Source: Nageia nagi
Lineage: Eukaryota; Plantae; Pinophyta
Direction of reading: 5' to 3'
Assembly (NCBI GenBank): GCA_050084985.1
Contig: JBITNC010000001.1
Coordinates: forward strand, 104,098,001-104,162,000
DNA length: 64,000 nucleotides
In this document: one piece after another, positions 41,831 to 55,199 of the stretch
How the letters are laid out: the number at the start of each line of letters is the position of its first letter
Numbering within the stretch: position 1 is the first letter of the stretch
The notes under the pieces: model-generated
Seen by the model: the letters and a program-made list of their open reading frames with translations, nothing else
What the model was told of the DNA's origin: nothing
The model's database searches: none
Translations under genes and position numbers: made by a program

Positions 41831-44226
41831 CAATAATACTACTTCGGTATCATGCGGTCAAGAAAAGGGCTGTTGAAGTTCCTAACCAAGAGACCTGAAT
41901 TGTTTACTAATAGACCGCCATGTGAAAGAAATACAGAAATGGAGGCGAAGACACGGCAGTCGATCAGCACTTCAATCGAGGGTTTCCAGTGTGGAAAGTC
42001 GGAACGTAAGGCTTTAGAGTTAATTGAGTAAAATGAACTCTTCCACCTCACAAAGCAGAGCGAACAGAACATGTGAAGATTCTCTTGGAGTCAAACCCTA
42101 GAAAATATGAAAATATTCCAAATAGAAATATGGACATAGAAAATGACTTTGACGATAAGACGCAAAATGCAAATCGGAGGAATAGTCCAAATAATTATTA
42201 GAATTTCATTTAAATAGTCAAATCATTTAAGAAAAACCAACTGAAAATTAGTATTATACATATTGGATGAATGTGTTGATTAAAATAACAGAACAAGTAA
42301 ATGCAACTATCTATGACTGTTTTATAGCGATTATTTATGTTATGAATTCACATAAAGCAATAACTTCTACCCTTCCATTGATTGATCGAAATTCAATTTT
42401 CAATCCTTTATGTAAAAATTCTTTAAATGAGTTCTTTTGAGGAATTTGAACATTAATTTCTCAAGTTTAAAGGAAATAAATTGCAAATTATTTTGTATTC
42501 GAATAATATTTTTGTATATGATTTATTCATAAAATTAAGTTAATTTTGAAGGGTGAAGATTATCTAGTTGAATAAACACTCCCTCATACCCTTGTTAATG
42601 TTTGTGGGGTCTATTTACTTTCTAGTAACAGACAAACAAAACTAACCATATACATATAACATATATCAAAAATTTGCTAAAACTTAACTCCTCTTTCCTT
42701 TGCTCAGCTCCCTCTTACAGAAGACATACATATTACAAATGCAATACATATATGCAACATGAACACCCCGTAAACACACATTGTGAACACCTTAAATGTA
42801 TGCACTGCCATTGATCTCCACACACACACTATAGACATCTTCAACTTATGTTCCACCTTATCGGTTGGTATTGGCGGAGCCTGTCTAGTTTTTCATAAAA
42901 GTCAATGATTATGAGCGTGCACATATGCATCGTCATTGCCACACAAATACAAACTGCAAATGCTTGCAAATATGCTTCATAAATGCATAGACATATATTC
43001 CATAAATGGATCCACATACATACTATGAATGTAATTATATATGTACATTGAATGTAAAGGCATGTCTTTTGAGAAACATCGTTTCATCCTACATGAACAT
43101 CGTTTCATCGTTTCATATTTTTCATACATGTTTACCATGATATTCATAACCACAACATTCAATAAAAATTACTTTTTGTACATCTTGCAATCATTATGGT
43201 CCATCAAACTATTTTCACATTTGCATCTTATCAAAAACTTTATGGGTATTTAGTATTCTTTTATATTTTGCATGCATGTTTGTAAAAGTATTCACAATAA
43301 ACAATTATTTATGCATATTGTGTGATCATTGTATTCTATGAACCTATGTTTGGAACACATCTTCAAGAATAATACATCTTTTGAAAGTGTATTTGTAACA
43401 TACATCATCAATTTGTGTGTATAAATTTCATTAAAAATTAAATTACTAAAGTTATTGATATATAATTTATTAAAAACATGTTAGCCTTACAAGCTTAGGT
43501 ATTTTGTTTTCAAAGCTTTGAGATCATATTCTCTATTTCTACTATCCTTAGCATCTCCCTTATTATATGATGTACATGATTGCTTAAATCAAGGATTTGG
43601 AAGGAAAATGATAGATATTGTATTTAAGATTTGTCTATGATTTAGACATTTTTATGTATTTATATTTTGGTACTAAATTACATGTAGCAATGATAAACTA
43701 GAATTGATCAATCTTGACTATGGTTACTTGAAAATATTTAAGAGGTCAATTATGACATCTTCAAACTTTTGGATTTGATAAATATTTACAACTTAAAAAA
43801 TTTAAATTAATAATAGGACTACATAAATAATATTAAAATTGGGTTGGTTATTGGTGGATGATTTAGCTTTAAAATTTCATAGGTTGATAATATTATATTT
43901 TACCAAACATAATATTAGTTTTATTCTTTGTTCTTTTCACAATGTTTATTCAATATCATGTATCAAGAAGTACTCAATTGATATAATATTTAGAAGTTGA
44001 GAATTCCTCAAGACAAGATGAAAAGAGTATTCTAAATATGAATAGGGAAGGGATCATTTTAAGAGCCCTTTTATAAAACTAACTTAGAAAATTTTAGGCA
44101 AATAATATTCATAGTAGAGGTGATTTTAAATAAAAATTTAAAAAATACAAAAGCAAATTTGAAGTTAGAGAAAAAAACTATAAATTTTTTTGGTAAGTTT
44201 TAGAAGTTATTTATTTCATGGTATTA

Positions 44227-47030
44227 CACTAAGGAGTTCTACTAAGGGGTGCAATGATCATAGAAGCCTACAATCGAGTGATAGCATCCTACTACTAAGT
44301 GGTAGTAGCGAACTGCTATTACATAGTAGAAGAATGCTACTACATGGTAGTAGCCTTTTGTTGCACGGTAGCAACCTTTCATCGCATGGTAGCAACCTTC
44401 TACTATACGATAGTAACCTACTATCATACACTTGTAGGATGCCTCCATTTTCATCACATGTTGACTCTTAAATCATTGTACCATGTGTTAATTATCTATA
44501 TATAGGAAATAGATGACTCATTTTCTTCATTTTGTCATTTTTTCCACCTCTCTAGTGTTGTCATTTCTCCAAAATCCTTTCTCTAGCCTATAGTAGGATG
44601 TCAAGTGGTCTACGTTTTCCTTAAATAAGATTTAGGGGTAATATTGGATTATTTTGACTTGTCAAAGCTATCATTTTATTTATTTTTTTCTATAATATTT
44701 TACTTTTAGCCATAATTTTTAATCTTTTTACTAGCATGTCTAACTCTCCTATAAAATGCCATCCTTCATCATTCACAAATCATCAATTTTCATATAGGAA
44801 TTTGTGATACCCTAGTATTTTATCTTTTCTTACCCCACAATGTTACTTAGAATGGATGGACTAGATAAGGTTTAGAGGGCTTATTTTTATGCCTCAATTT
44901 TAAATCGATTCTAATTTATTAAATTATCTTATGTATGTTTATGATAGCAAATAAGCAAGGTTTTATGTGGTTACAGAATCAAGAAGCTTTTCCTTTGGTT
45001 TCTCTATTGCAAACATAATTCAGTTGACTAGTTTACTGCATCATAGTGATGATGTATTCAAAGTTACATATAAAGCTCTCTTGTCTCCAGAAGATAAAAC
45101 CTATTTAAAGGAAACCTACCACATTCAATTGACTTGATTGGTAAGCTTTTTTCAAATTTTATTATAATTAACAATGTATATTAATGTACAACTAAAACTT
45201 ACTTTATTAATTATTTACATCCATTTTTGCAAAATATCAAAGATAAAAGGGGAATATTGTACAAGAATTTTTGAAATAATTACTTCAAAGCAATCTATGA
45301 ATTTTTTTAATATAGAATTATTTTTCAAGGTAGAATATTAGATATTGCATTATGGTCTATAGTTTACATCTTCCACTCGTTGAGTGGTCAAACGTTTGAC
45401 AAATGTTCATATATTTTAGATAGAATTAAGTATGATCTATCCTTTTCCATTCAAAATGATAGTAGTTATATATCATGTACAAATTATATTTTGGCTTTTC
45501 TTATGAAAATTTTCATAATATAATCAATAAAAGTGTATTGGATTCACAAATGAGAGCACTAGCTTTACCAACAGGTGAAATTCAAGTATTTACAAATCAT
45601 AATTATTTCGTATTTTAAATTAACATGTTGGAATCTAAAAAATTATTTAAAATTTTTTGAGTATTAACCCAATTATATTATTTCAATGTCTACAAAAATA
45701 AACATCAAAGAAAAGGGAAGCAACATTTAGAGGGGTTCATCCTAAAGACACTGGTGATAACGAGTCTCCAAACACTTCTAGTCTATCACTATTAAGGAGA
45801 TCCTCTACTAAGAGGACAAGGAATATATCACCTCCTATTGTTGGTGAATATTCAATGAATACAAATTCTTTTATTATAATTGATACTTTTTTATTCAATT
45901 ATTTATAATATTTAAACTTTTTAACATATTGCTATGGTTGTAGGAGAAGGTAATGCTGCTATTCTTGGGAAAAGCTTTCTTAAAAGGAATTCAAATTTTG
46001 AGGTTGGAGAAGAAGTATCATGCATTGAAGGTAAAACATAAGGAGGTAAAATTATTATTTTTTAATGCCTATGTAATGTAATGGTGTTACTATGCAGTAG
46101 CATTGTGCTATTGTGCAGTAATAATATATCATCATACAATAGTACAATGCTATTGTACGATAGCACATTATAGCCATGCACATATTTTATTAATTCTTTC
46201 TAACATTAAATATAAGTCTATAAATTTATGTTTTCAAAATTTCATTTGGTTTCTATTCTAGTTATTACAATTCTAGATTAAGATATGGAAGATTCACCTA
46301 ATCTACCAATACAAACTACATCCACTACACGTCCATCAGGTAACTAATTTTGGATTTTTTTATTTAAACTTGTTATCTCATAGATATGAATATGCTTTTC
46401 ATATTATAATTTTATTTTACATACAAGTGGTAGGTCAAGTTCTCCAAAAAGGAAGTCATCGATGCCTCAACCACCTGTTCCAAGTTTAGTCTCCACAAGA
46501 AGAGTAGGATAATGCATGAATATACAATAGGATAATTCTTCCATGAGCCACAAACTAGTGAACTTATCAAGAATGTCTTCTTTTTCTAATCTTTATTTGG
46601 AGTACGTATAAGGTATTGTTATTTTTTATTTATGAAATATACCGTTAGATGTGGTTTCTTTAGGGATTGATAGTGGTGCAAATCCTCAGTTGGGCACCCA
46701 TGATATTATTCAAATTCAAATTAATGTTTCTCATCCTCAATAGATAAGTACTACACAACCCTCACAAATTATGGAGCACACTATTAGTTAAATGCATGAT
46801 AAACTCTTACTTTTCATTGAATGCACTTGTTTAACATGATACTTTGGTATAGCTAAATAATATTGTCTTAAATAACATCAATACTTTAAAGATGTGGTAA
46901 CTATGGGCCAAAGCATTGATAAAGGAAATTAATACCTATTATCACAATCATCTAAGTGGGTGCAAGAAGTTGGGTCCACTTTAGGGCCAAAAAGTGAGAG
47001 TATTTTCTTTGATTTTTATGTTTAGGTATG
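44227..47030 (+). mobile_element. Probable left part of a large DNA transposon: subterminal repeats of about 21 bp plus a decayed multi-exon ORF
   Basis: Repeats of the tagtagc/ctacta type at 44270-44430, echoed inverted near 46085-46170. AG/GT-bounded exon-like blocks at 44970-47030. Confidence 0.4.
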
Positions 47031-49079
47031 ATTGATCTCAAACTTTGAAAACTTATACATGGAATCATGAAAAAGATCACTAAAGTGAAAATGGAGTTCA
47101 TAGAATCTAGTTTTCAAATATATAATTTATTCCAATACCCAGATCATATAATTTAAAATTCAAGAGAATGAATAAAAACCATTAAAAAAAAAACCATTTT
47201 TAGACCATATCATGCACGTGTCCATCCACCAAAATTTGACTAAAATCAATGTATTTTTTAAAATTCGTTTACAAAAAGATACCCAACCCATTGGAGCTTA
47301 TCTTGGATATTTTTCCATAAGTATTTTATTTTTATTAATTTTGTACTAGGAATGTTTGTCGTTTTGAAACATGCTCATGTTCATCCACCATAATTTGATC
47401 TAAACTTAATCTTTTTTCAAAAATATTTTCTATTCTTATAGATAATAATGTCAAGCTTATCCCTATATAATTTTTTTTCATAACTCAAAAAAATAAAAAC
47501 TTATTAAGAAAATATGAAACCCTCATATTTCAACTATATGGATTAGTTTTACCAAAAATTAATGATAAAATATAAAATATACTACAATTATAAAAAGAAA
47601 TTGCATATTTGAAATGTTCACTCTATCACCTAAACTGGGTTTCAATTTTTCCACAAAATTTAAATTTAAATCACCATGAACTATATTCTTGAAATTATGA
47701 TTTTGTACTGAAATCCACCTTAGACATTTATGTGCAAGTCCAAGGCACATGTGTGGCACAAATACCCTAATCTAAGCCTAGTGAGTGAGGATGTGTAGGC
47801 TATCAATTTTGAATATATTGATATACTAATATTTCGTAGATGTTGAAATATTGGGATCCTAATTTTTTTTAACTTGTTTGAACAAAAAATCAATTATTTG
47901 GATAGAGATGTTCTCTACATTATTCTCTTATATGTTCATATAGTATGGCATACAATGATATTTTTTGTAATAATTGACTTGGTTTTTTCATAGGCATGCA
48001 AATTATTCAATTAATATACCAAGTTTGAGATCCAAGGAAACTTTTCAATCAATTTGAAGTTGAATTAAGTTTTTTTGGAAGACATTTAAGGCCTTAGATC
48101 TTGAAGAAATCATTCCAATTACATTTTTCTTTTAAAGATATAAAAGATTGAATTTGTAAACTTCTAAACTTAATAAACATCATGAGTGATAAAACAATAC
48201 CAAAAAAGAGAATAAGGAAGGCCATGTCATCTGAAGACATTCTTGTAAGAAGAGAGAAGGATGTAAAAAGGAAAAAAAGAAAAAAGAGCACAAAATAAAG
48301 AATCAAATTGTAATGAAGTACCTAAAAGTTCCATACCAATTCAAGAGGAGGAAATTGAAGAGAACATGAATGTAGATAGGACTTTATATTATGCACCATT
48401 AAATGAGTCTTCAAATTTAATGACTATGGAAATGAATGCAAGTATGTCTTTGAATCTTTGTATCCTTTTATAATTTTAGGTGTTTTTCAACATTATTATG
48501 GAAGTTGTTCAAATGATTGGGAAATTATTCAATTAATAAAACCCTCTTCACATGATCATCGATTATTGATTAGATTTATTTCCACTTTCAAAAGTTCCTT
48601 TCATAGAACACTTAAAATGATGCCTCTAGCTTATGTTTGTACTCCTACTATTAGAGTAGTTCTTATAATTTTTCTATAAGTACTACTAAATTCTATAGGT
48701 AATCAAGTTATTTTAAACTCCTATTAATTATCTTAAGAACCTTAATTATGAGAATTAATAGTAATAGCTCATATGTAGGACCTCCCAAAGTATATCCAAC
48801 AATAGTGGATTAATGTAACCACTTGGCCAATAGGTTTGAAAGCTTTACCAATAATTATTATTAAGACCTTTCAAAGTTTATCTATAAGTGAGTAGATAGA
48901 TAGATAAGTCTTTTAATATCCTTTTTAAACTAAAATGTATTAATGTAGGACCTATGATCAATGTTTATCCAAAAGCATTTATAAACATATAGTTGTATGA
49001 TCATTTTCTAAAAAAAATAAGGGACTAATATGACCACTTAATCAAAGAGGTTCAACATTTTGTGATAAGGGTTAGACAT

Positions 49080-50050
49080 TTGAAAAATGGGTTTACTGGG
49101 GTTTAGGTTTTAGTGTTTTACAATTAAAGGATTAAATATTTTAATGGTTACTTGTATTTATGAGTTTAATGGTTAAATGTTTAAGATTTTTAAGGGTTTA
49201 GAGTAAAGGATTTAAGAAATTAAGGTTTTAGGGATTAATAGGGTTATAATGTTTACATTTTAGTGTTTAGGTTTATAGGGTTATAAGGTTATAGTTGTTA
49301 AACATTTGACCAATGTGTTCAAACATGCTATTAAAGGGGTTAGAGAGTTTAAGGGTTACTTGGGTTCAAAAACATAAGGGTTAAGAGTTTAAGAGTTTAG
49401 CAATTTAGGACAAGTAAGAGTTTAGGGTTCAGGTTTTAAGGGTTTAGGATTTAAGGTTTTAGGGTTTACATTTTAGTGTTTAGGTTTGTTTAAGGTTTAA
49501 GGATTTATGGTTTATGTTTATTTAAGAGTTTAGGTTTGTTTAATGGTTTACATTTGTTTAAAGGTTTAGGGTAAAGGTTTTAAGAGTTTAAAGGTTTAGG
49601 GTTTAACAGTTGAAGGATTTAGGAGTAGGGTTTTAGGGTTTAATAAGATGATAGGGTTTACATTTTATTATTTAGGTTTATAGGGTTGTAGGGTTAAAAA
49701 GTTAACCAATGGGGTCAAACATGATGTTAAAGGGGTTAAAGAGTTTAAGGGTTTCTTGGGTTTATGAACTTAAGGGTAAAGGGTTTGAGAGTTTAGTGGT
49801 TTAGGTAACATAAGCGAACTTGGTGTTTAGGTTTTAGGGGCTTAGGAATTAGGATTTACATTTTAGTGCTTAGGTTTATTTTTAAAGTTTAATGGTTTAG
49901 GTTATACATTTTTTTAAGAATTTAGTTTTTTTTTAAAGCTTAAGAGTTCAAGGTTTACATTTTAGTGCTTAGGTTTGCTTACTTGGGTTAAGGGTTAAGG
50001 GTTTATGATTTAAGATTTCAAGGTTTAGGGTTTAGGTTTGTATGTCCTAT
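49080..50050 (+). repeat. Degenerate telomere-like (TTTAGGG) satellite with higher-order duplication
   Basis: Many tttaggg/tttaagg/ggttta variants. 49250-49480 resembles 49655-49880. Confidence 0.8.
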
Positions 50051-50849
50051 CAAGGTTTTGCCAACAAGTTTAAATTTAAAATTTGGCCAATGAGGTTAAA
50101 CATGTGATGTGCTATTAACTTTCTAATGCTCTTCAAATTAGGATAAGCATATATGTCCAAAAATGCCACTATATATTGGTTACTTAATTTCTTTAATTTC
50201 AACTAACTATTAGTTTAATGCTTGATTAAGTCCTCAACAAGTCATCAATTAATTATTGTATATTACTTTTTTTTGCATGTGTAGTAAACTTTTGTGAGCC
50301 AACTCCTATCCTAGGAGTACCAACTATGGACATAAATCTAGGTATATCTTGGAATCCACATGTTAATGATATTGAGAATGAGAATATTCATAATACTAAT
50401 GATAAAAATAATTTTTTACATATTGAACATACTATTTTAGATAATGTTCCTAGTACGATATCTATGAGATAAATGAGAACACATGCAAATAGAATATATG
50501 ATCAAGTTTTCCTTAATAAGGAGCTAGGATTTCAATTTCAACTCATGTTTCAATTAATGAGAATGTAAAAAATGAGAAGAGTAACAAAAACTTTAGTGTT
50601 TGTGTAAAAAAATAGGAACCCTTTAAACAAGTTATATCTAGTGTTGCTAGTGCTATAGACTCTATTGGAAAGAAGAATATGACATGATGAGCCATAAAAA
50701 CTATTTTAGTAAATAGATCAACTATAAAGAAAAACATAATTTGTAATCTTAGTGTATATCTAAATATAAACCCTAAAACATTTCTAAGAGCTATGATGCA
50801 AAGAAAAAGTATTGACATTGATTCAATCAACCAATGTTGGAGTTTTAGT

Positions 50850-52400
50850 TGTAGATTTCTTAGCTCTAATAGGAAAATGACTAATGAGATAAAATATGTA
50901 ATTGAAAATTATTGTCATGATCATACAAGGGTATCTACTAATAGAAAAGATGTTTTAAACCAAAGAAAATATTTAGGGTCAAAAGATCATCAACCTAAGC
51001 ATGTAAAACACTTTTTAGATATGACTCAACTCAATTGTACTTTTTGTAAAACTCATATAGAATTTAGATATTATTATAAATTTTTTTGATATGTACATGC
51101 TAATTTGCATAGTAACAACTTATTGCATCGATTTGGTTTTAATATGCCACTTGAATCTATCAATAACTTTATAGCATGTTTATTTTTTCAAATTCATGAT
51201 CGTCAATCATTTTATTAAAATACATGTATTTCAAGACAAAGTAGTATATGTGGGAACCTTTCATATTTAGGAGAATGTGTATATGAAAGTACTTTACATG
51301 ATTTTGGATAAACATTAGTAGATATCAAAAAATTCAAGAATGTTGAGTACATGTTAAAGGATGAAAAAATTGGGAAGCATTTTGGTCTAATCATTGAAAA
51401 TGTTAGTGTACATACATTTATGGATGATTTTAAGAGTAACTTTATTCCAAAATATATGAAACATTCCCAACATGCTCGAGGGCTGGAGAGTGATTTTGTT
51501 TAATGTAGAAACACATTTCCATATGGAACTATATTATCAATCATATACTATGCATAAAAATATACTCTAGCAATATGAAAACATTTAGTCTCGGTATTAT
51601 AAATATCAATAGGTTTTTTTTTTTCAAATTGAATATAGACATGCATACAATAGTACAAATAATATTAGAAAAGTTTTGAGGGAGTAGCATTTGTACATAA
51701 GTGATAACAGGTTTATCCAATTTTGTTTTAAGATATTCTATACAAATTTTAAGGAATGAAATATTCATATGGCATAACATTTGTTATGGTTAGATAATTG
51801 TACATGATAATTTAAGAATGTATAGATGTTTTATTAGTTAAGTAGGATGCATAGAGAACATATTATCCAACATATATGGTAATTTTTCAAAGTTGGACAT
51901 GGTAAAGGTGAACATGATGGAGTTGGTGCATGTGTGAAAAGAGCTCTTGATAAAGAAAAACTTAAATTTAGAGATTCAATAAAATTTCAAGATGCATGAG
52001 GAATTATGGATTGGTATAATACAAATATATCTACTAGATCAAAAGAGAATTCTACAATTCGATGATTCTTTTGGTTAGTTGAAGAAAATAACATTACAAG
52101 TCATCATGATTGTAAGATAATTAATGGATTACCAAAATGAAATTCAATTAGGAGTTCAATGGAAAGCACATGGACTATTTGGATAAGGAAGCTTGCATGT
52201 TTTTATGATTCTTGTATTGCAAGTGAACTAGAAACATGAATAAATACAAAATTGGTTTAGGAATGGAAAAAAAAATCTTTAACACCTGCAAGAGCACATG
52301 ATCCATAAGAATTATTCCTTTAAGATAGAATCAATAATTTGCATCATAGGACTATGATCAAGTTTTTGATCTTGTACAATAGGGTAATTTAAAAGAATTT
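50850..52400 (+). mobile_element. Decayed DDD transposase, Sola2-like
   Basis: In frame 51787-51948: WLDNCT**FKN...HIW*FFKVGHGKGEHDGVGACVKRAL. Upstream HTRVSTNRKDV...HVKHFL, downstream Cys-rich remnant. Confidence 0.65.
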
Positions 52401-53072
52401 AAACTTTCTTTTTTTAAGTTTATTTATATGAATGCTCATTTTTTGTATATATATGAGCTAGTTTTATATGTCATACTTTATTGATATAAATTTTATTTGT
52501 ATGATATGTGTATGTTGTTATGGCACTCAAAGGGAATGAAGAGTAATTAGAGTATTGGTTGGCTCAATGTGTTGAGAGAAAATATAAGTTATCTTATCTT
52601 CAATGTGATGATGATGGATATAAGAACCCAATAGGTTATGTGGTGGTTGTTTGTACATGGCTACAAAAAATAGTCCCAACAAGGAATGGTTTAGGAGAAT
52701 AGAAAGATTATGAACCAAATAAGAAAATTATTCACTATTTACATTTGATACTGAAAATAAATATTAAACTATCTAGATATAAAATGAGGCATACTAATAA
52801 AGTGTTGTGGAAATATTCAATGCAAGAATACAAGGAAATTATGAATACATTACATGGAAGAGAGAATGTAGATGGTATTGATGATTGGAAAAATATAGGT
52901 AAGTTTATCTCCCCTTCTTCCCCTCTCCTTCAAATCTACTTTCCCTTCTCCTTCATCCCTATAGGTATTCATCTCCACTTCCCCTTCCCCTTCAACCATT
53001 CATATCCACTCCCCCTACACCTTCATCTCTGATCCCCCTTCCCCTTCACCCCTTCATCTCTTATTCCCCTTA

Positions 53073-53145
53073 GCTTTCTTAGCTTAATTTGTAGAGTGCA
53101 TGATTTATAACCATGTGGTTGTGGATTCGATTCCCATAGATAACA
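53073..53145 (+). pseudogene. tRNA-Lys(UUU)-derived pseudogene
   Basis: 73 nt colinear with plant tRNA-Lys as recalled (TAGCTxAxTTxGTAGAG.GCATG...AACCATGTGGT.GTGG.TTCGATTCCCA). Mostly C>T/G>A changes break the stems and the anticodon. Confidence 0.75.
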
Positions 53146-55199
53146 TACCTTTCCTGATTATATTTAAGTAAAACTTTTTTGAATCTATGAATTAAATAAT
53201 CTTCATGTTTGAGATATATTATAACTAAATATAATTAAATAATACCTATGAATTAGATCTTTATTTTTTTATTGGGGATACTACCTTATGGAGGAGATAG
53301 TTGGTCTATCAACCTCATAGATATAATAGTAATACATTAGTTAACAAAATTAATATCTTACTAGATATTGAGTCAAAAATTTTGTGAGAGCATCTAATGG
53401 TAATGGTAATAACTATAAAGTATACATTACCCTTGATAATGGTAATAACTATAGATTATATCCATATAGCTCATCACCTCCAGTTGTATTTCATGCATGA
53501 TCATAAATAAGATCTTAGCACTTGTCGATATTAAGGATCATTAAAACTATCCAATTGATTTTTCATTATTAGGAGCATGTCTCTTGTGTATTATCTTATT
53601 AAGTATGGACAATAATTATGGATAGGTTGGATAACCTACTACCATGGATCATTAATATCTCTATCCACTTTAAGAAAGTATAATAAAGAGATATGATGAG
53701 AGAGGATACCATTTTTATAAGTATAATTCTATTGAAAGATAACATGAAATTAATCCATTTACTAATATAAAAATTATATAAAAAAATATACAAGAATTTT
53801 CACCATTCATATCTAGTCTTTATCAAATCCAAACTAATACTCTTAAGGGGATATCAATATTTTCTAGAAGCTCCATTTGTTCCATTCTTGTATAAGGGAC
53901 AAAGAGGTTTCCATATAATTCCTATTAATATAGCCCTCATTTCATTCAAAATGTTCCTCAAAATTCTTCTTGCCACCAAATTATTAACAAAATAAATATT
54001 AGTGATAATCTAATGTTCTTTATTCTGCCTTGATAGAAAATGAACAACATGAAACCTTTGATTTAAAATAAGCAAACTACTTGAAAATTGAAAGCTAGAT
54101 CAATTTATTCATGCACTTTGTATAATATGTATTTTTTATAATGCCTATGAATTTCACTAAGTTTATATAACTACTTGAACATTGAAAGATAGATAAAATG
54201 ATTCATGAACTTCATTGATAATATCCTCTCTTAAACTATTAAAAGGGATTAGGGTTTTGAAATAACTTTGTTGTTCTTAAAGAATATTACCACTTAAAGT
54301 AGGTTGATCTTTCTCTACCATATTAATATGAATCATTTTCCACCCACTTTTTTTTTCTACTTTCTTTATGAATTTCTTAGAAGTATAATCTTATGCTTCC
54401 TAATGTGTTTACTTCATTTACCATAGTTTTTTAATTATTTGGGTATTTTTCTTTAGGTATTGGCTTCATATATATCCTCTCATTGTGTAGTTCTAATAGG
54501 CCTAAAGAGAATCTTTATATTCAAAAAATTGATATTATTTTCCAATATTTGAAATTAGATAAATGGGTTAGTGTTAACTTTATATCTTTATCCACTTTAT
54601 ATCACCTTACTCAAGTCATGTTATCATGCATTAACTTGTAAAGTTGTTATCTTGTTATATGTACTTATAGACCTAATTATAAACATATAAATATTTAAAC
54701 ATGTTGTTTAGTTATTAAAACTTTTGTAAACTTTAACATTATCTAATAATTATTTTTTATTCCACTTTTTTTTTAGTTATTACAACATTTTTTATCTTGT
54801 AAACTTACAACAATTGTGTGGAAAATACATAACAAAATCATAGGCATTATGTGAAAAAAGGACATGTAATGTAACATCTAGTCCATGTAATAACATAACA
54901 ACATCAACAAAATAATGTGTCCAATGTCCATATACTCCATGTAATAGCTAATAACACATTTATGTGTCCAAATTACATAATATCCAAAGCCTAAAGTCCA
55001 CAATAAAGACCAAAGTTCACATACATCATGATCTATAACTAGCATACCAAAACAACAACTACATAACCAATCCAAAGTTGACAATATCCAAATTTCAAAG
55101 TCGACAATAGATTCCAAATTCAACATACATCATGATCTATAACTAACATACCAAAACAACAACTACATAATCAACCTTGGATCTATCTATGTAGGTCTA

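Noticed and set aside
44227-44240. CACTA pentamer as a CACTA transposon terminus
   Set aside because: I found no matching TAGTG terminus with TSD, and the downstream transposase motif is not Tnp2-like.
49080-50050. True telomere or chromosome fusion site
   Set aside because: Highly degenerate, single orientation, no head-to-head junction.
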